Shown in pieces: positions 35,733-50,215 of a stretch of DNA of 64,000 bases. The notes below the pieces were generated by a model. It was not told the origin of the DNA and ran no database searches. It saw nothing but the letters and a program-made list of their open reading frames with translations. The stretch is from NCBI GenBank assembly GCA_051362555.1, contig CM120641.1, positions 19,530,001-19,594,000 of the forward strand. The letters are read 5' to 3'. Origin of the DNA: Lingula anatina. Lineage: Eukaryota; Animalia; Brachiopoda. The translations under genes were made by a program, and so were the position numbers. Numbering within the stretch: position 1 is the stretch's first letter; the number at the start of each line of letters is the position of its first letter.

Positions 35733-38700
35733 TTAATGCGATCCTGGTTTATTACAAAGTCTTGTGCGAGGATTCTTTGCTGGGAGTCCTTTGTTGTTTT
35801 TTAAATGCACAATTGTCCTCCCTGAAAATTGAAAAAAAAACTACAATGTTCATATGCAAAAAGTTCATTTCTAGCAAGTGATATAACTGCCTAATGTACA
35901 TATTTTGTTGTGCTCGTTCGTTTAAGTATGTCGTAGGTCTGGATTTTAAAGGCACACAATGCGCGTTTAGACCTCTATGTATCAAAAGAGGACTTTTTCT
36001 AGAAATTTTAGCTAATTTCCCTTCTTGCCAAAGTATACACTATCTCAGACTATCGGGAAAATTACGGACTATAAACCCACTTTTGAACTCCAAATTTCTT
36101 ATTTTACCGCCGTAAGTGAAATGCAACAGTCTCAATCTTCTTTATACACTCACTACACTTTGATCTTAGCCAAAAGGTTGAGAAGCTCAAAAGCTAAGAA
36201 TGTAACACTAAAATCAGCTTTATGGGTTCTTATTCGGTTTTGTTTATGCTATAACTAAGCAATTGCAAGAAAATGTAGAAATCTCCAGGAAATTAGACTT
36301 TTAGTCTATAACGGTCTATAACGCTCAGTGTCTTAAACATATGCATATACATGAATTCTAAACCTGATTCATGAGAGTAAAAGTATTTGTGTGTGTGTTT
36401 AAAGATGTATCATATTTTACGTGTACAATTATTTACCTGTCCACGACTTTTGGTCGGACATAACAAATCCTTTGCAGTCTTTGTCTTTGTCACAAAGCAT
36501 TTCAGCTTCTTTTTGGTCAAACACGGATATATGGCAATTTCCACCAGCCACTGAGTAGCGACATCTATAGTCATACCTGCCCGGGTAGTCAAATCCGTCT
36601 GTGCACTCATAACCTAACAAAAAAGTTTAGATATTTTATTAATTTCATTTATTATTTTTATATACGGGTTACATTATTTATATTAACCGATAATAGGTCG
36701 AGAGGAAACTGAGATGTGAGGGAGATGTTCACTGAGATTTAACGTTTTTATCCAATATGATCAGATGCTATTACACATTTTTGCATTTTCTATGGCATCC
36801 TTTTTTATCTATAATGCAAGAGGTGTTAATGTGTATCATGACGTCATTTTCTTTTCACATCCAGTATCCTTAAAAAACACACTTTAATACATTACCTGCT
36901 TCGTAGTCACTTTTATCGAGACGGTTAAGGTGAAAGCCACTGGAAAACTGATGCACCAATGTATCTAACATTGTGGATAACTCAGCCGAGTTCACTGTGG
37001 CGTTACTGAACCCCTTGATGACGTCATTCACGTGAGCTTGTAGTGGTTTTGGAACACCATGTGGAAGAATGAATGTTGTAAAGTGACGACCAGCGTTAAA
37101 TATATTCTTTTTCTCGTTGAGTCCAAAGCATCTTTGGTTTATGCAGTGTGTTCTGCAATAGGTAATTTAGATATAGGGTTGGTGCAATGTAATCGTTATT
37201 GCAATCAAATACATGTATGTTACAATATCATCCGACTACAACCCTTTCATTTTTTCGAATGAGACTCGATTGCTAAAACTACTAGTAAAACATACTCTTA
37301 AATCAAATAACAACAGCTAAAAGCATAATTAACTAGAAGTACAAATATACAGCGAAAGAAATGAAACTGAAATGACTAAGAAAATCTTAGATTTTTTAGT
37401 TCCAAGAAATGCCTCGAATCTCACTAACCGAATGGTATAATTGGCTGAAGAGAAAGGAACATCACAGTCAGAGTTCTTTTTACACGTCACTTCCTCGAAT
37501 CCGACGTCATCCACGTCAGACAACTTCACTTCACCGCCAACAAGCACAAACTGCTGACGTCGGAAATCGTTGAGTGATAAGGAGCCATATGGGGAGTTAG
37601 CTATGTAGTGTAATAACTGTCCTACGCCATGCGAGACCTGAAATACGAGAATATTGTACAATTCTTTAATTCAAATATGAAAGATATATTCCGTGATAAA
37701 AATGCTACAGTCAGTAGTCTCCCTACAATGCAGTTAAACAGTCACAAACAGAAACATTTCAGGTAAGCCCACCATGGAATATAACACCTGTAGATATATA
37801 AAATATTAAAAGTCACCTTTTCAGGTATTGCTGAAAAGGCAACCTTTGAACCCTAACCATGCTTTTAAGAAAAGTATCAGGTATCAATTGTGAAAATTAG
37901 ATAAATGCCATGAAAAATAATAAAACGACAAAATGCAATATGTTTGTAACAAGACAAACATTGCCATAATACCTGTATTCATTGTATTTTTATTACGATT
38001 ATTATCTAAAAAAAATATCTATTTTAATCTGCTTTCGTGTTGTTGGGAGATTTCTCTCATAAGTAGTTCAAGATTGACGTCAGTCTGCAGTGGCAGGAAC
38101 CCAAAGCAGATTGTACAAATGTCACAGCTTTTTTAAAGAAGTGACAAGATAATTGATGATAAACGGGTCATTTGGAGGTTTTATCTAAGAAGAGTCACTG
38201 TTATCGCTCGAGGCCTCAGGAAGACATCTCATACCAAACAACTTTAAATAACTCATAGACGTTATCCCATCGATAATATAGCCAGTTAATATGCTTTCCC
38301 TTGAGACGCCTATGTCTCAAAAACTTATTCATTTATTTGAGTTTTGCAAACATAATGGAATATTTGGCATTAATTGAAGATCTGATTTCTACACAGATCA
38401 AGAATTGGTCCCAGACAGATAAGCACAGATATATTTTGTTTCTAATAAAATGCAGATGTCGTACTATGAGAGAAAAGTACACCCACAGTCCAATCTTAAC
38501 GCACTCTTGCTTGTCTTATTGTTCCTAGATAAATGTGAATTTTATGTGTCCTCTTCAGTGTTAATCTTTTTCATTTTATTGAATTCCAGAAAGACTCAAT
38601 TATCGCAGCTAATACAATTACGCCCTGAGAGCATTGTCGTGTAGTCATAGAATCAAATTTCATTTTGATTCAACCCTGAATTTGAACTTAAAACGAAATT

Positions 38701-41700
38701 AAACAAGCTGCCACCTCGTATTTTAATAATAGCTTCATACCGGTGAGAGGGAATTCGTTCACTTACTCTTAATCTGTCCTCCCATGACATTTGTAACAGT
38801 CGAATAATGTCGATGTTTGTGCCTAGCTCGACAACCATGGAAACCTCCGTCTCTGGACTCCCGTCGTACGGCTTGTTTGGAACACAATAACCCAGTACCT
38901 GTAACGTGAATGGGGAAAGTTATATATAAATATATATACGATTTTAAACAACTAACCCACCTATATTGCCCATCACATTATATAAATATTAATAAAACAT
39001 CACCTTCTTTCTAACACGATAAGTATTTATTAATACAAACGGTACTAAAACGTGTGTGAACCGCAATTTTTAAGAAATAGATATAATCATTATTGTAACA
39101 ATTAATATTATTATTATAATAATAATTATTATTATTATTCATGCGGGATACCATAATGCCGTAATTGTGCATTTTCAATATGACCAGTCAAATAAATGGA
39201 TTTATTTCATGATTGACTTTTCAGTTTGGGTTGCTCTAATACCGACAGATAATTGCAATTTACTTTTTCTAGCTGTAAATGATTTCGTGAAAAAAGAACT
39301 GTCGGAGATGTACAGAAAAAGAAGGCTCAGCATTAGGTCACTAATTGGCCCATGTTTGCCAATCACTGGCGCGCAGCTGACGTAAACATCACCTGAGAAA
39401 ATATTGAGCGCGAGACTGAAAGAAAAATATTGTGGGAAGCACAGCATGCTCATCATGCACTCTCCTTCATTCATACCCAATGCCCAGAGGACAGGAGAGA
39501 AAGGATGTCTTTTTTTACATATCAAGAAAAAATTATGCGTCAAATTTCAGGTCCGTAAGTATGTGGGAGGGAAGGGGGGGGACTCGAAAGAATCGAAGCC
39601 AAAATTTGATCTATGAATACATTACGCAGTAAATAGGTCCTCTTTTTCAGAAAAAAGAAAGCATCTTCTTTCAAATTGCTGAGTTTCCCCCTAAATACAC
39701 ATTAAGGTGTATGGTATATAAGGTATAATAAATATCCATTATATGTGTGTGAGAGTGATAGAGAGACACAAATTACCGTCACATCAAGGCGCAAATAATA
39801 TCGTCAGTATTTCGATATCTCTCATTTACACTCTTACAAAACATCGTCAATATTGCGATATCTCTCATTTACACTTATAAATGGAACTTCACAACTAAGC
39901 TACAAGAAACACTTCAGGATAAAGAGGTGTGAAAACATGGCATGTTTGTCCTTCAGTTATCTTTCATACCAACAGGTACTAACAGACAGAGAGAAACACT
40001 TTCAAAACATTTCGTTTAAACGATAAGCAATTCTGGCACACATCTGCCATATCTTCCAGCGAGAAGTGAACGTCCAAAATAGTAAAAAAAATGATGCATA
40101 TGCAACGTTACAGAAATTATAGTCAGTGCTGATATGTTAGTAGCTCTCCATAATACGCACGTGCACCATTTGTATTTTAGGCTGTATTCCCAGAGCTTTT
40201 AGATCGATCTATCCCCGCGGGGAGTCTCACTAGATTACTGTCAGATAATCCGGCTTAAATGTCCGTCCCGCCTACTACAAGCTGTAAGGGGGTAATTAAC
40301 TTTCGTGTCCGCTCGGCTTACAGCTATTTAGCGTGAACCCCCAGGGAGTTAGGTCGATCTAAAGTAGATCGATCTCATCTCTGGAAATGGGGTCTTAGAC
40401 ATACGGGTACTGGGTACAACCAAAGACAGATCGGGAGAGGGGGGACATCATATCCAGCAAAAGCAAAAACGAGACAAAGCAAGAACATTTCCCATCCCTG
40501 TGTTCTACATAAATTTAGGTATAACTTTCTAAGTATCGCTTTATTGCCTTAAATTTGCAAAAATCTTGGATTCGCCAGCGACAGAACGATCCACTGCATG
40601 TAAAGAAATTTGAGATTTTACATTCAACGTTTATATCCTCTCTCCGTCAATCCTGTAGCCTAAATGACAGAGGCAAGGAAACATTTGAATTTCAAGTGTT
40701 TGCAGTCGTCATTCTAAAAGCTCTAAACAAAAATCACTCTGCAGTAAACTAGTTTACTGTTTCCTACACGTCTTTCGACAAGATGCTAGGCAGTCTGTAT
40801 ATTTAATCGTTTTTGTTTGACGTTGGCAGTTTTCACAGTTAAAATACCACAATGTTTGAACTGTGAACGTCTATTGAGTTGGTGCTTGTGTACGCCAGTG
40901 GCTTTTTAATTGGAAAACATACACCAAATCAATCCTCCTCTGTTGCCATAACTGACATATCATCGAGGATGTAAATTGTATTTAAAGCCACTTTCCAGTG
41001 GCACGTGTCATGATAAATGCGTTCATAAATTGACATACCACCCTTCTTTAAGAAATCAGTGAGCAAATTTACATGATGTGAGACGACTTGTAATTATGAA
41101 ACAAGCCAGGGATCGATTGAAATGTTAGGAAGCTTGTAAGAAATATAATGCAAGCTTGAAAGCACAAAGCTTTTGCTCATGTGACTAACTTCTAATTACA
41201 TTGGAATAACAATAGCTATTACAGTTGTATCTTGCTGTTCACAATTCCACCCGCTGAAAATTAATATAAACGTAATAGGTGATAATTTTCAACTTTAGGT
41301 CTTGTTTGTGATAACAACTTTGTCGATTCAGTTCAACCACAACTAATATTTTAACAAACAAGCAAATACAATTCATCCCTCTTTTCTCGTGCTTGATTCA
41401 ATTTTACCAAATTTCCTTGTAATAGAACAGTAATGACTTCTGCCCCAAATCCAATTCCAGTGATAGATTCAGGGACGCTCAATCGGAAAATTCCATTAAG
41501 TCTTCCATTTAGTGTCTTTGAGGCCATGCCAACGTGGTAAGCTTACGTGCTAGCAATTACAGAATGCCACCGGTATTTTCAAATATTTTTTTTTTTAATT
41601 TCTTTGGCTAGGAACTCGACTAATTGCCAGAGAGTCGTGTTATTGACAGGATGGTGACAATGTTAAAACGCAGAGGAGAAGACCATTACAGCGTTATGTG

Positions 41701-42388
41701 AAACGTATTTAAAAAGATAAAGGACAAACAACCATATTATTCTTCCAACAAGTTTTATAGGGGAAATGAAATTAGTCTGATTGTTTTATAAAAAATAATT
41801 TGAAACTATAAATGTTTGACAAACTAAAATAACTATTAGATTGATATGAATGACAGATCGTGACTGAAGACAAAAAGGGACAGAAATACTATATCAGATG
41901 GTAACTAATATAAGGTACTTTTACCCACCCTGCCCTTCTCTTTCCACATACACATATGCACACACACTATTCACTAAAATGAATCTTCAGTGTTGTCAGT
42001 CTGAATTATGACAATACGGAAAATAGGGAATTAACAGAAAATTTCTCCGCCTCTCTCATTTCTTCCGCCAAGAAGATCTATTTCTAGGGCTGAATTAACT
42101 CCACCGAAGTGAAATTAATAGCGCAGGAGTAATGATTTAATACACAGGGTCAATACACAAGGCTGGCGTTTGAAAGGGCAGGTAAATAGATTGAAATAAA
42201 ATAGGGCTGTATGAAAATACCAATATTAACCACACAATGAGAACACACAAGAAAGTTATAGAGAAAACCCCGGTGGAATCGTCTAAAACAAACAAACGCT
42301 TAAATCAGCATAGGTAAATACACTAAGTAAATATATACAGGTAATGGACGGATGCGGCAAAAGTCGAAGGTTAAACTGAAGAAGGTCC

Positions 42389-42420
<32 letters not shown>

Positions 42421-43029
42421 AAACCCAAACGACATAATGTATTTACCCACCTTAACTACATTCTTGTGGTTTAAGCCCTGTAATAAAACAATTTCTTTTA
42501 ATATTTTCCGAGCTGCCTTTGCATAACAGAATGCTAGCGTCCTGCCGCTGTTTTTTAAGCAAGTGGTCACGTCACGCCCTGTAACGTCCACTGTTTTTAA
42601 AGCCATCTCCTGGCCTTTATGTTTTACTTTGTAGACAGCTTTAGTCCAGCCCGATGCAACGTATTCCTTATCAGTAAAGTTCCTGACATCATCACAACTC
42701 AGACCTCTGTGTGTGGATAAAAAACTGTGATAAGAAAGGTCTAAAGCATCTCCTTTATTGAAGTCCTCTGAGCTAGCACGCGTGTCCTCCATCAACTTTC
42801 TCAGATGAGGATCACTATTGCCACTGAAAAGGACTGATTCTCCTTGAACCCCGAGTCCCTTTATCTCGTCTCTATCTTGTAAAAACACGTCTCTTAATTC
42901 CTCGTTCCCTTGGGACTCGTCTGTTAATCCATAGTGGATGAACGCTATGTTGCTAGCCATGAAAATGATAGTTAAAGTCGTGGAAATAAGGAGCGACGTT
43001 GGATAGCGTCTTCTCTTTTTCCACGCCAT
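35733..43029 (-). CDS. PKDCC: Extracellular (secretory-pathway) tyrosine kinase PKDCC/VLK, 480 aa
   Basis: Exons 43029-42451, 38898-38767, 37637-37429, 37152-36896, 36613-36437, 35821-35733 (1443 nt). Type-II anchor; ASGWTKAVY, ALKTV, KILKEIVLLQGLNHKNVVKVLGYC, SPYGSLSLNDFRRQQFVLV, KLSDVDD, CFGLNEKKNIFNA; Cys-rich tail. Confidence 0.94.
40180..40394. mobile_element. Degenerate PIF/Harbinger-type MITE in PKDCC intron 1
   Basis: TTA duplications at 40177-40179 and 40395-40397; imperfect TIR GGCTGTATTCCCAGAG / CTCTGGAAATGGGGTC; internal TAGATCGATCT palindromes near both ends. Confidence 0.6.
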
Positions 43030-45044
43030 CTTGTTCTGTCAGGTAAACGAATGAATTAGAGGGAATTATCCTAAGCTCCTTCGATCCATGGTCTCACGAC
43101 GCTTTCCCCCGCCGGGAAGCATACTGAAAGAGAAACCCAGGTTTGCTATGAGCTGCATATTACTTACTGCAAAAACACGTGACTTAAAACAGCAACCGCA
43201 TTCGCCAGTCACCAATTAATTACCATTTAATTGACATGTCAATCATCTTATCTCAACAAAAAAAATCCCGTGTAGTAATGAGCGGGGTGGTCCAACACTC
43301 CATTAACAATTTATTTACACGGCTATTTGCACGTCGACTGCGGTGTGCATTGAATTTCTTTTCTTTCATATGAAAGGGGCGAGGATTCGGTGAACAATAG
43401 GGGGCCCGGACTCATTTCACTCCATTTGCCATCAGAGTGAAAAGGATTGGAAGGAAAGCAAACTAGGCCCGACTAATTCAGCATCTCGGCTTTCAGTCTG
43501 TCGGATTAACCCAGCTTAGGAGCGCTGAAAAACAGCAATTTTAAAGTTCTGACTAAGACTTCTTTTTCTGTGGTTGGCTGTTGAAATAGCTCGGTAAGGG
43601 TGTGAGTACCGATGTGCTTCTAATCACCTGAAGATGACGTGACCATGAATATGAGGCAGCGTGAAGCCTCTCTGTTGACAGGTGCTATTTCATGCTTCAG
43701 GATCTGCCAACAATAGAAGCCCAATACTTAGGGTGGGCACCCTTAACACTGATTACCTATTAATTGGAATGTGTGGCAGATGCTACATACCTGGGCTGTC
43801 GTAGTCTCACAAAGCCGTAACGAGTTGGAATCCCAGGTCAAATTTGTGCACAGAAATTTAGATAACCCGAAGACTCGTTATTTAGAGTTTTAAAAAATGT
43901 ATTGTGTCCACATAAAAAGAGTACCGTGTATGTACCACCTTGTATCTATTTTTTTCAGTTCTAAGGTATAAAGATGCAGTGGTTTAACAAATATAATGGT
44001 TATTTGTATAAGTATGAATATCAGCAAAAAATCACTGTCAAAACTTAAAGGAGAATCATGTTTTAAAACACACACTTCTCTCCTCGTATAGCTGCGTGCG
44101 TCACCAATTCTACTTTCGAAATCTATATCAGCACATTCATCATTATCGAAAATGTACTTGATATATCAAAGAAAAAAAATCAGAAAAGAGGCTCTAACAT
44201 TATCCGACCTTCACTTTCAAAACAAACGATGACTTAGTTTGAACAGCTAAATGTCAGGCAACGCAAGTTTGCCTTGCTAATGGTCTGCGCTAGACAGCGA
44301 TTGAATTTCAAGTTTGAAATGGAAATAGAGACCCGGGGAGTTAAGACTTGGCAGTGGAGGGTAAGTAAACATAGACGATGTCTTGGGGTGTGAACTTGAA
44401 CGGGAATTTACAGTCATCCGACACGTACATTGGGTTGTCAAGTCACTTAATGAAATATTCGGAAATTTATAATTTTGTTCGACGATTAAAAAAAAAAATG
44501 CAAATTAAAGTGCAATTCTCCTTGACCTGACTTGACCCCATACATACCTAGACAAAACAAATACCTTGTCAGACAGCAAAAATTACGCTTCTCTTTAAAT
44601 CCCCGTGTTTTCTTACATGTAGTCTTTTTCCTAAAGAAACTTCGACTTCAAAAAGTGGTTCAGTAGAAGTCATTACTTAACATTTTTCACTACATGAAAC
44701 CGACGGCCTTTATAATACCACATAGTTCCCTCTTTTAAAATATTAGTTGTCTTTCGTGTCGCGTGCTCATGGCATTCTTCATATTGTCTCCATATTGATT
44801 TAAGAGTCGATAATGATCGAGTAAGCATTACTCTAGGTTACCAGGTGCTCACAGTGGCCATAAATACTGACTAATGATTTGCTGGAATACGGCAGCGCTC
44901 TCAGCATGCCACTAATTGAAATCCGAACCCACGTGATTGCCAAGGGACTCATTAAAATCATGTCGGTTCCCCCAGCACTTGAAGATTGACATGTGCAGGA
45001 AAGGTTAAAAAGTCTAATTATAGACGATCACGCACTCAAGGGCA

Positions 45045-45049
<5 letters not shown>

Positions 45050-45081
<32 letters not shown>
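45050..45081. repeat. (GA)n microsatellite
   Basis: Directly visible. Confidence 0.9.
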
Positions 45082-45084
<3 letters not shown>

Positions 45085-48000
45085 TTAAGGAAGAAGAGAA
45101 AAATACCGTTTGAAATTATTCAAATTTCGTTTATAAAAATTGGTGAAAAAATGCCACCACACTCTTTTTTAGCATTAAGTATAAATGCAAGCACCAGCAC
45201 CGTTTTATTGTACACTCACTGAAAACAATATTGATTAAAATTTTTCCCCTTATATCGTCACAGATTAAATTAATCGAGAACACTTTCGATGCCACAACAC
45301 ACGACACGAAACTGTTCATGCAGCACTTAGTTGCAATAATATTTGACCAGCTTTCTGTTTTTCATAGAAACATCTATATTTCGTAAGAATTTATAGCGTC
45401 ATTTATTAACATGGTGGGTGTTTTCCTCATACACGTGAAATATGCATGCCCGTGTTTTATTTTCTTGGAAACGAAAATACGATCTTAAATTATATAACAA
45501 AATAAATGAGTTAATAATAACACCGTCTACCTCTTTCATCAATTTGAATAAGCAGGATACATAGTTAAATATTTGCGTTAGTTAATAAGAAGTATGAATC
45601 CAAATTAGTAAAACAATTAAAACATGAGTCATGTACCTATTCATTAAAATATGTGAAAATCTCTGAAAATCTTCATGTGCGTGGCGTTATTATGCATGAA
45701 GGACACGATCACCATCCATCTTCTGGATAAAAAAAGAAGTGTACTTAAAGTAGCAGCACCACATTTTGGACACCCTATTGAGCCTTCAATTGATACAGGA
45801 ATAACTGCTAGTAGTCAGATATACCCAACAAAATGCAAATGAACTGTATCCTGTCTGATAAAATATTCAGATATTCAATTTAACACTTTACAGGTGTCTC
45901 TCGATACAAGTTATAAAAGTTTAGGGAACGTTTGTGACACAACATAAATCAAAGATTTGGAAGAAGGAACTAGGGAGGTAACTAGGGAAAGGAAAAGACG
46001 GTACAACGTACCTCGACTGTCGTGCCAACTTGGTGATTTATGTCGTCTTCTCTCGGGTCACATAAGCTGGCATCTCCCACATGCTATTATAAATTTAACT
46101 TTGATCGCAATCTCATTTTTATTTCTATATTCATATTGGGTTAGGTGTTTTAAGAAGGGTGTGTGATTTGTGATTTAAAATGTGGTTATTATTTAAGAGA
46201 GCGAAATTGGGTAGCTTTTAAATTAATCGTTCCCCAACACTTCATATATTAATAAAGATGGCAGTTCATTAATAACACCGCAATGTTTTAATGAAGAGTC
46301 GCACTGCTAGCATTAAAATCATCGCGCGATTCTTTTTGCCATTGCTATAAACTTGGCTGAGGAAGAAGTTTCACATTATTAACCAAAATCAGTTACATTT
46401 TCACATGTTTTTATTTGAGGCGAATAGGTCTCTTGGTAGCCCCCCTTTTTTTCTTGCAGGCCCACGCAAATAATTTTGCCCACAAAGCACGCAGATAATT
46501 CCGTACTTTGAGCCGTCCAAACAAAATGCATGTATGACTAAGGGTTCGAGATGTAAGTTGGCAAAGAAAAAGAAAACTTTTTCTAGCATACACCAGTCAC
46601 TTCAGGTCTACTCGGATGCAAATCAATGCCAATTCAATCTGATCACAGCCATGTACTCTAGTATCTGACACTTTTGTTCGTTCCAGACCTATGCCAATAT
46701 TTAACAGCCCTTGACTGCGCTGTTTGCGAGTTTGTACATTGTTCATTATCCCAGTGGCAACTTCTTCGTGTGGTACCCGGTATATTGTAGGCCCTTAAAT
46801 CATCAAGTTTAATCCTCTTAAAAACTGGATGAAGTGGCTGACTACAAAATGTTCCTCTAGTGTTCTTACTCTTACTATAGTGCGTTACTTACAGAAGACA
46901 GTAGAACAACGCACTTTTCAGACAATAACCGACAAAATATATCTAAGGAAGAAAACAACTTAACCAATATACGAGTATTATTAAGAGTAATGAGTTTCTC
47001 ACACATGGTTTTAACACCAGCCGTTTAATTAAAAAGTGTGCAAAAACACACGTGTCTGATTTTCACAACCGTCAGTAATATCAAGTTGTTCCGCGACAAT
47101 AAATGTGTAATACTCACCACAGCGATTAGCTCTAATCTGAAATAACATGTCTAACCAGACTCAAAGGGTAACTATTCAACCTGTTTTCTAGCTATGCTTG
47201 CGGCTGTCTATCACATCGACCTGACAGATGGAATGCGTACGTTTCCCCGGATTCACCTGTACTGTTGGTTTTGTGGCAAACAATTTGTCAGATTAATTAA
47301 AACGCTACGTGATTGACAGCTGTATTTTAGGGGTATATAAGAACAAAACAAAAACAATGGCGATATGGTGAAAACTGAACAAATAAGATGATGAAATGAT
47401 TGGTAGAATTACAGTTAAATAATATAATTATCGGGTTATTGGTAGAGTAATTTTAAAGGTTACCAGTCACGTCGCATTTAACTACAGTTTAAACGTTTTA
47501 CCAATAAAAACATCAGTAATTTCTGTTTTAATACTCAATTTTCCCAGCTAATCTACAAAACAAACGTCAAGAATGAATAGTGTGTGTTCGCAGGCTACCG
47601 CGGACATGGCAGATATATTAATGGTTTCCAACATCAGCAGAAACATGCCAAAGCGTTCCATCTGAAGCGTTCTTAGCAGGTATTAATGGACGTTCCACAA
47701 GCAGCTTGGCGACCGCGTGTGGTGAGTCCACTGGGTACCACATGTCACAGAAAATAACATGTTAATCACAGAGAAACTACAAGGAAACAGAATTACATGC
47801 CATGTTATCTGCTTGTTGCCATAAGAGGAAAAGAAGGAATTAAATATAATTACTGTACAATAGATTGTAATACTAAAAGGGAATATTATTATTTAATATA
47901 ATTACTATATAATAGTTCGTAATATAAAAAAGGAAATATTATCTGGGAATATAAAATTATAGCAAAGGGAAAATTTGAGAAATATGGAATATGCAAAAGA

Positions 48001-48342
48001 AGGAAACGAAGAAATAAAAGCCATGCGAAAATTCAGAAAATGTTACTATGCAAAAATGAACGTTTTGGGGAAAATAAATCCAACACACGTAATCTTCCTC
48101 TTTTATTCTGAAAATACTTCCCCGTACAACACCTTTCCATTTATCTTTAAAAAACACTTCATATCAAGTCAGCAAGAATTTTTGTAGTGGCAGTTCCCAC
48201 AATCTCCTCTCATCAGAAAATACCACAAATATTGACATTCAGTTTTGATTTTTCAGATTACCCAGCACTGTGTACAGGGGTGCGTTTCCCAGTGCCACCG
48301 ACGTCTGTTTTCAACCTAGAAATGCCCCCAAGTTCCTTTGTA

Positions 48343-48344
<2 letters not shown>

Positions 48345-48374
<30 letters not shown>
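48345..48374. repeat. (TA)n microsatellite
   Basis: Directly visible. Confidence 0.9.
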
Positions 48375-48378
<4 letters not shown>

Positions 48379-49034
48379 TGATGGGTTCAAGGTTTGTGTT
48401 ATTCTCTGCCATGCAGAGTGGGTTAAAATATCATATTGCAGATTTGGGGGTCTCCTATAATCATCAAAATATGAGTTAGTTATAAAACATTATATGATAT
48501 CAGAGTCTACCAGTAAGTATTAAAATTTGCCTAGGTTAGAGTAACAGCTAAAATCAGAAATACTTGGCAGTGACTTCCAGTGAGTACATACACGGTGTTT
48601 GGGTGCTTGGGCTAATAAAAAAAAAAAAAAAAAAACATTATGCGATAATTTTTAACTAGTAAAGATATTTCAATAAAAATGGAAATGATAGCTTTTAATA
48701 TTACAAATACAGTGCATGCAGGGAGACCAAGTGCTTCAACATGTATGTACCTGTTTGAGAACAATCAACCTTATAATATCTTTTTTTTACAAGTGTCACA
48801 TTCAAATTACCAACTTACATCCGTTTCCAAATTTAAAGGAACACAGTGTTGGCTACCCAAGTTTTTTTTTTATGTCTGACTGCATTTACTAACAGAGATT
48901 GCGTGAATTAACAAATATGCCAATAAATCACACATTTTGTGAAATCCTTTTTTCTTTTATGTGAAATGTGGCAACAGGTGCTTGTTGGGTAAAAAAAATC
49001 ATTTGTATATATAGCATCAGCTACTGTACACTTA

Positions 49035-49354
49035 GGCTTCGTTCACATGCAATGTCTATTTTCTATTTTCTATTTTCTATTTTCGGTATGTCTTATGATC
49101 ACGGTCTGTGCACTGAATATCCCGCGGCGTAATTACTGGCAGCGCGAGCCAGTTACTATAAGTTACTATAAGTAACTGGCTCGCGCTGCCAGTAATTACG
49201 CGGCGGGATATTCAGTGCACAGACCGTGATCATAAGACCAAGTGCGCTGCCAGTAATTACGCGGCGGGATATTCAGTGCACAGACCGTGATCATAAGACA
49301 TACCGAAAATAGAAAATAGAAAATAGAAAATAGACATTGCATGTGAACGAAGCC
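49035..49354. mobile_element. Young, almost fully palindromic PIF/Harbinger (Tourist-like) MITE
   Basis: TTA TSDs at 49032-49034 and 49355-49357. Termini GGCTTCGTTCACATGC / GCATGTGAACGAAGCC, (TTTTCTA)-type subterminal repeats, and a 56-bp duplication in the right arm (49183-49238 = 49244-49299). Confidence 0.9.
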
Positions 49355-50215
49355 TTAGCAGAATGTTGTTGGAAGCCCACTGACATGGCACATTTTGTTC
49401 TGTTAAGTTTGCCTACAAAAATATCACATTATTTGTTTAAAAAATATAACATTATCAAATTCAGTCAAATTTGGTGATCTTGGCATTATCATTATAGATA
49501 TATATATGACTATAAAATTATAAAGAAACTTTGTAGGTACATTGACAATTGTTATACAGTCAGTTTGTGTGTTTCTTCCATTCAAACTGGCCAGACTCGG
49601 CTGAAGATGACCAGTTGCACAGTTCACAGCAGTAGTGTAGTGAACACTTGGATTTTAGCCAATAATATCACCTTTTTAGAATTTATATGAGTTGTGAAAT
49701 GATTTTGCTTTTCTGGAACCTGGTGCAGAGTTCACATGCAGGTGCCATGGGCTGTAGTAAGACCTTAAAACTAAAGGTTTGCTGAAGTTTTTTATGTAAT
49801 GAGTCCAGCATACAAGTGGTATGAAATTCAACCCGGCATTTCTCATGGGGTACCATTGTTTGTTACTTTTTGACACCAGGGACCTTTTTGGGTACCAGCA
49901 TGGTCAAGTCACTGTGCATGATGTCACATGCAAACCACCTTTGAATGTAGAAACAGTAACAAATTATGATGACATCAGTATTTACAAAATAAAAAAGGAT
50001 CCAGTGAGACCTGTTTATCTATGTGGCAAGTAAAAACAATTTACTTTAAGCAATGCAATTTCTGGACCCACTACAGTACAAATATAATCTCTATTTGGCC
50101 AAATGACCAATTTTGAGCTCCAGTGATGATTTTTTTTTCTTGGGACACACTGATATCAAATTGGCAAAAATATTTAGAAGCCATCAGTGGCTTGGCATAT
50201 TCATACGTTTCAAGA

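Noticed and set aside
43100-48300. Unannotated gene in the 5-kb gap upstream of PKDCC
   Set aside because: Only short low-complexity ORFs and no phase-consistent exon chain found. Probably 5' UTR intron (acceptor near 43124) and regulatory DNA.
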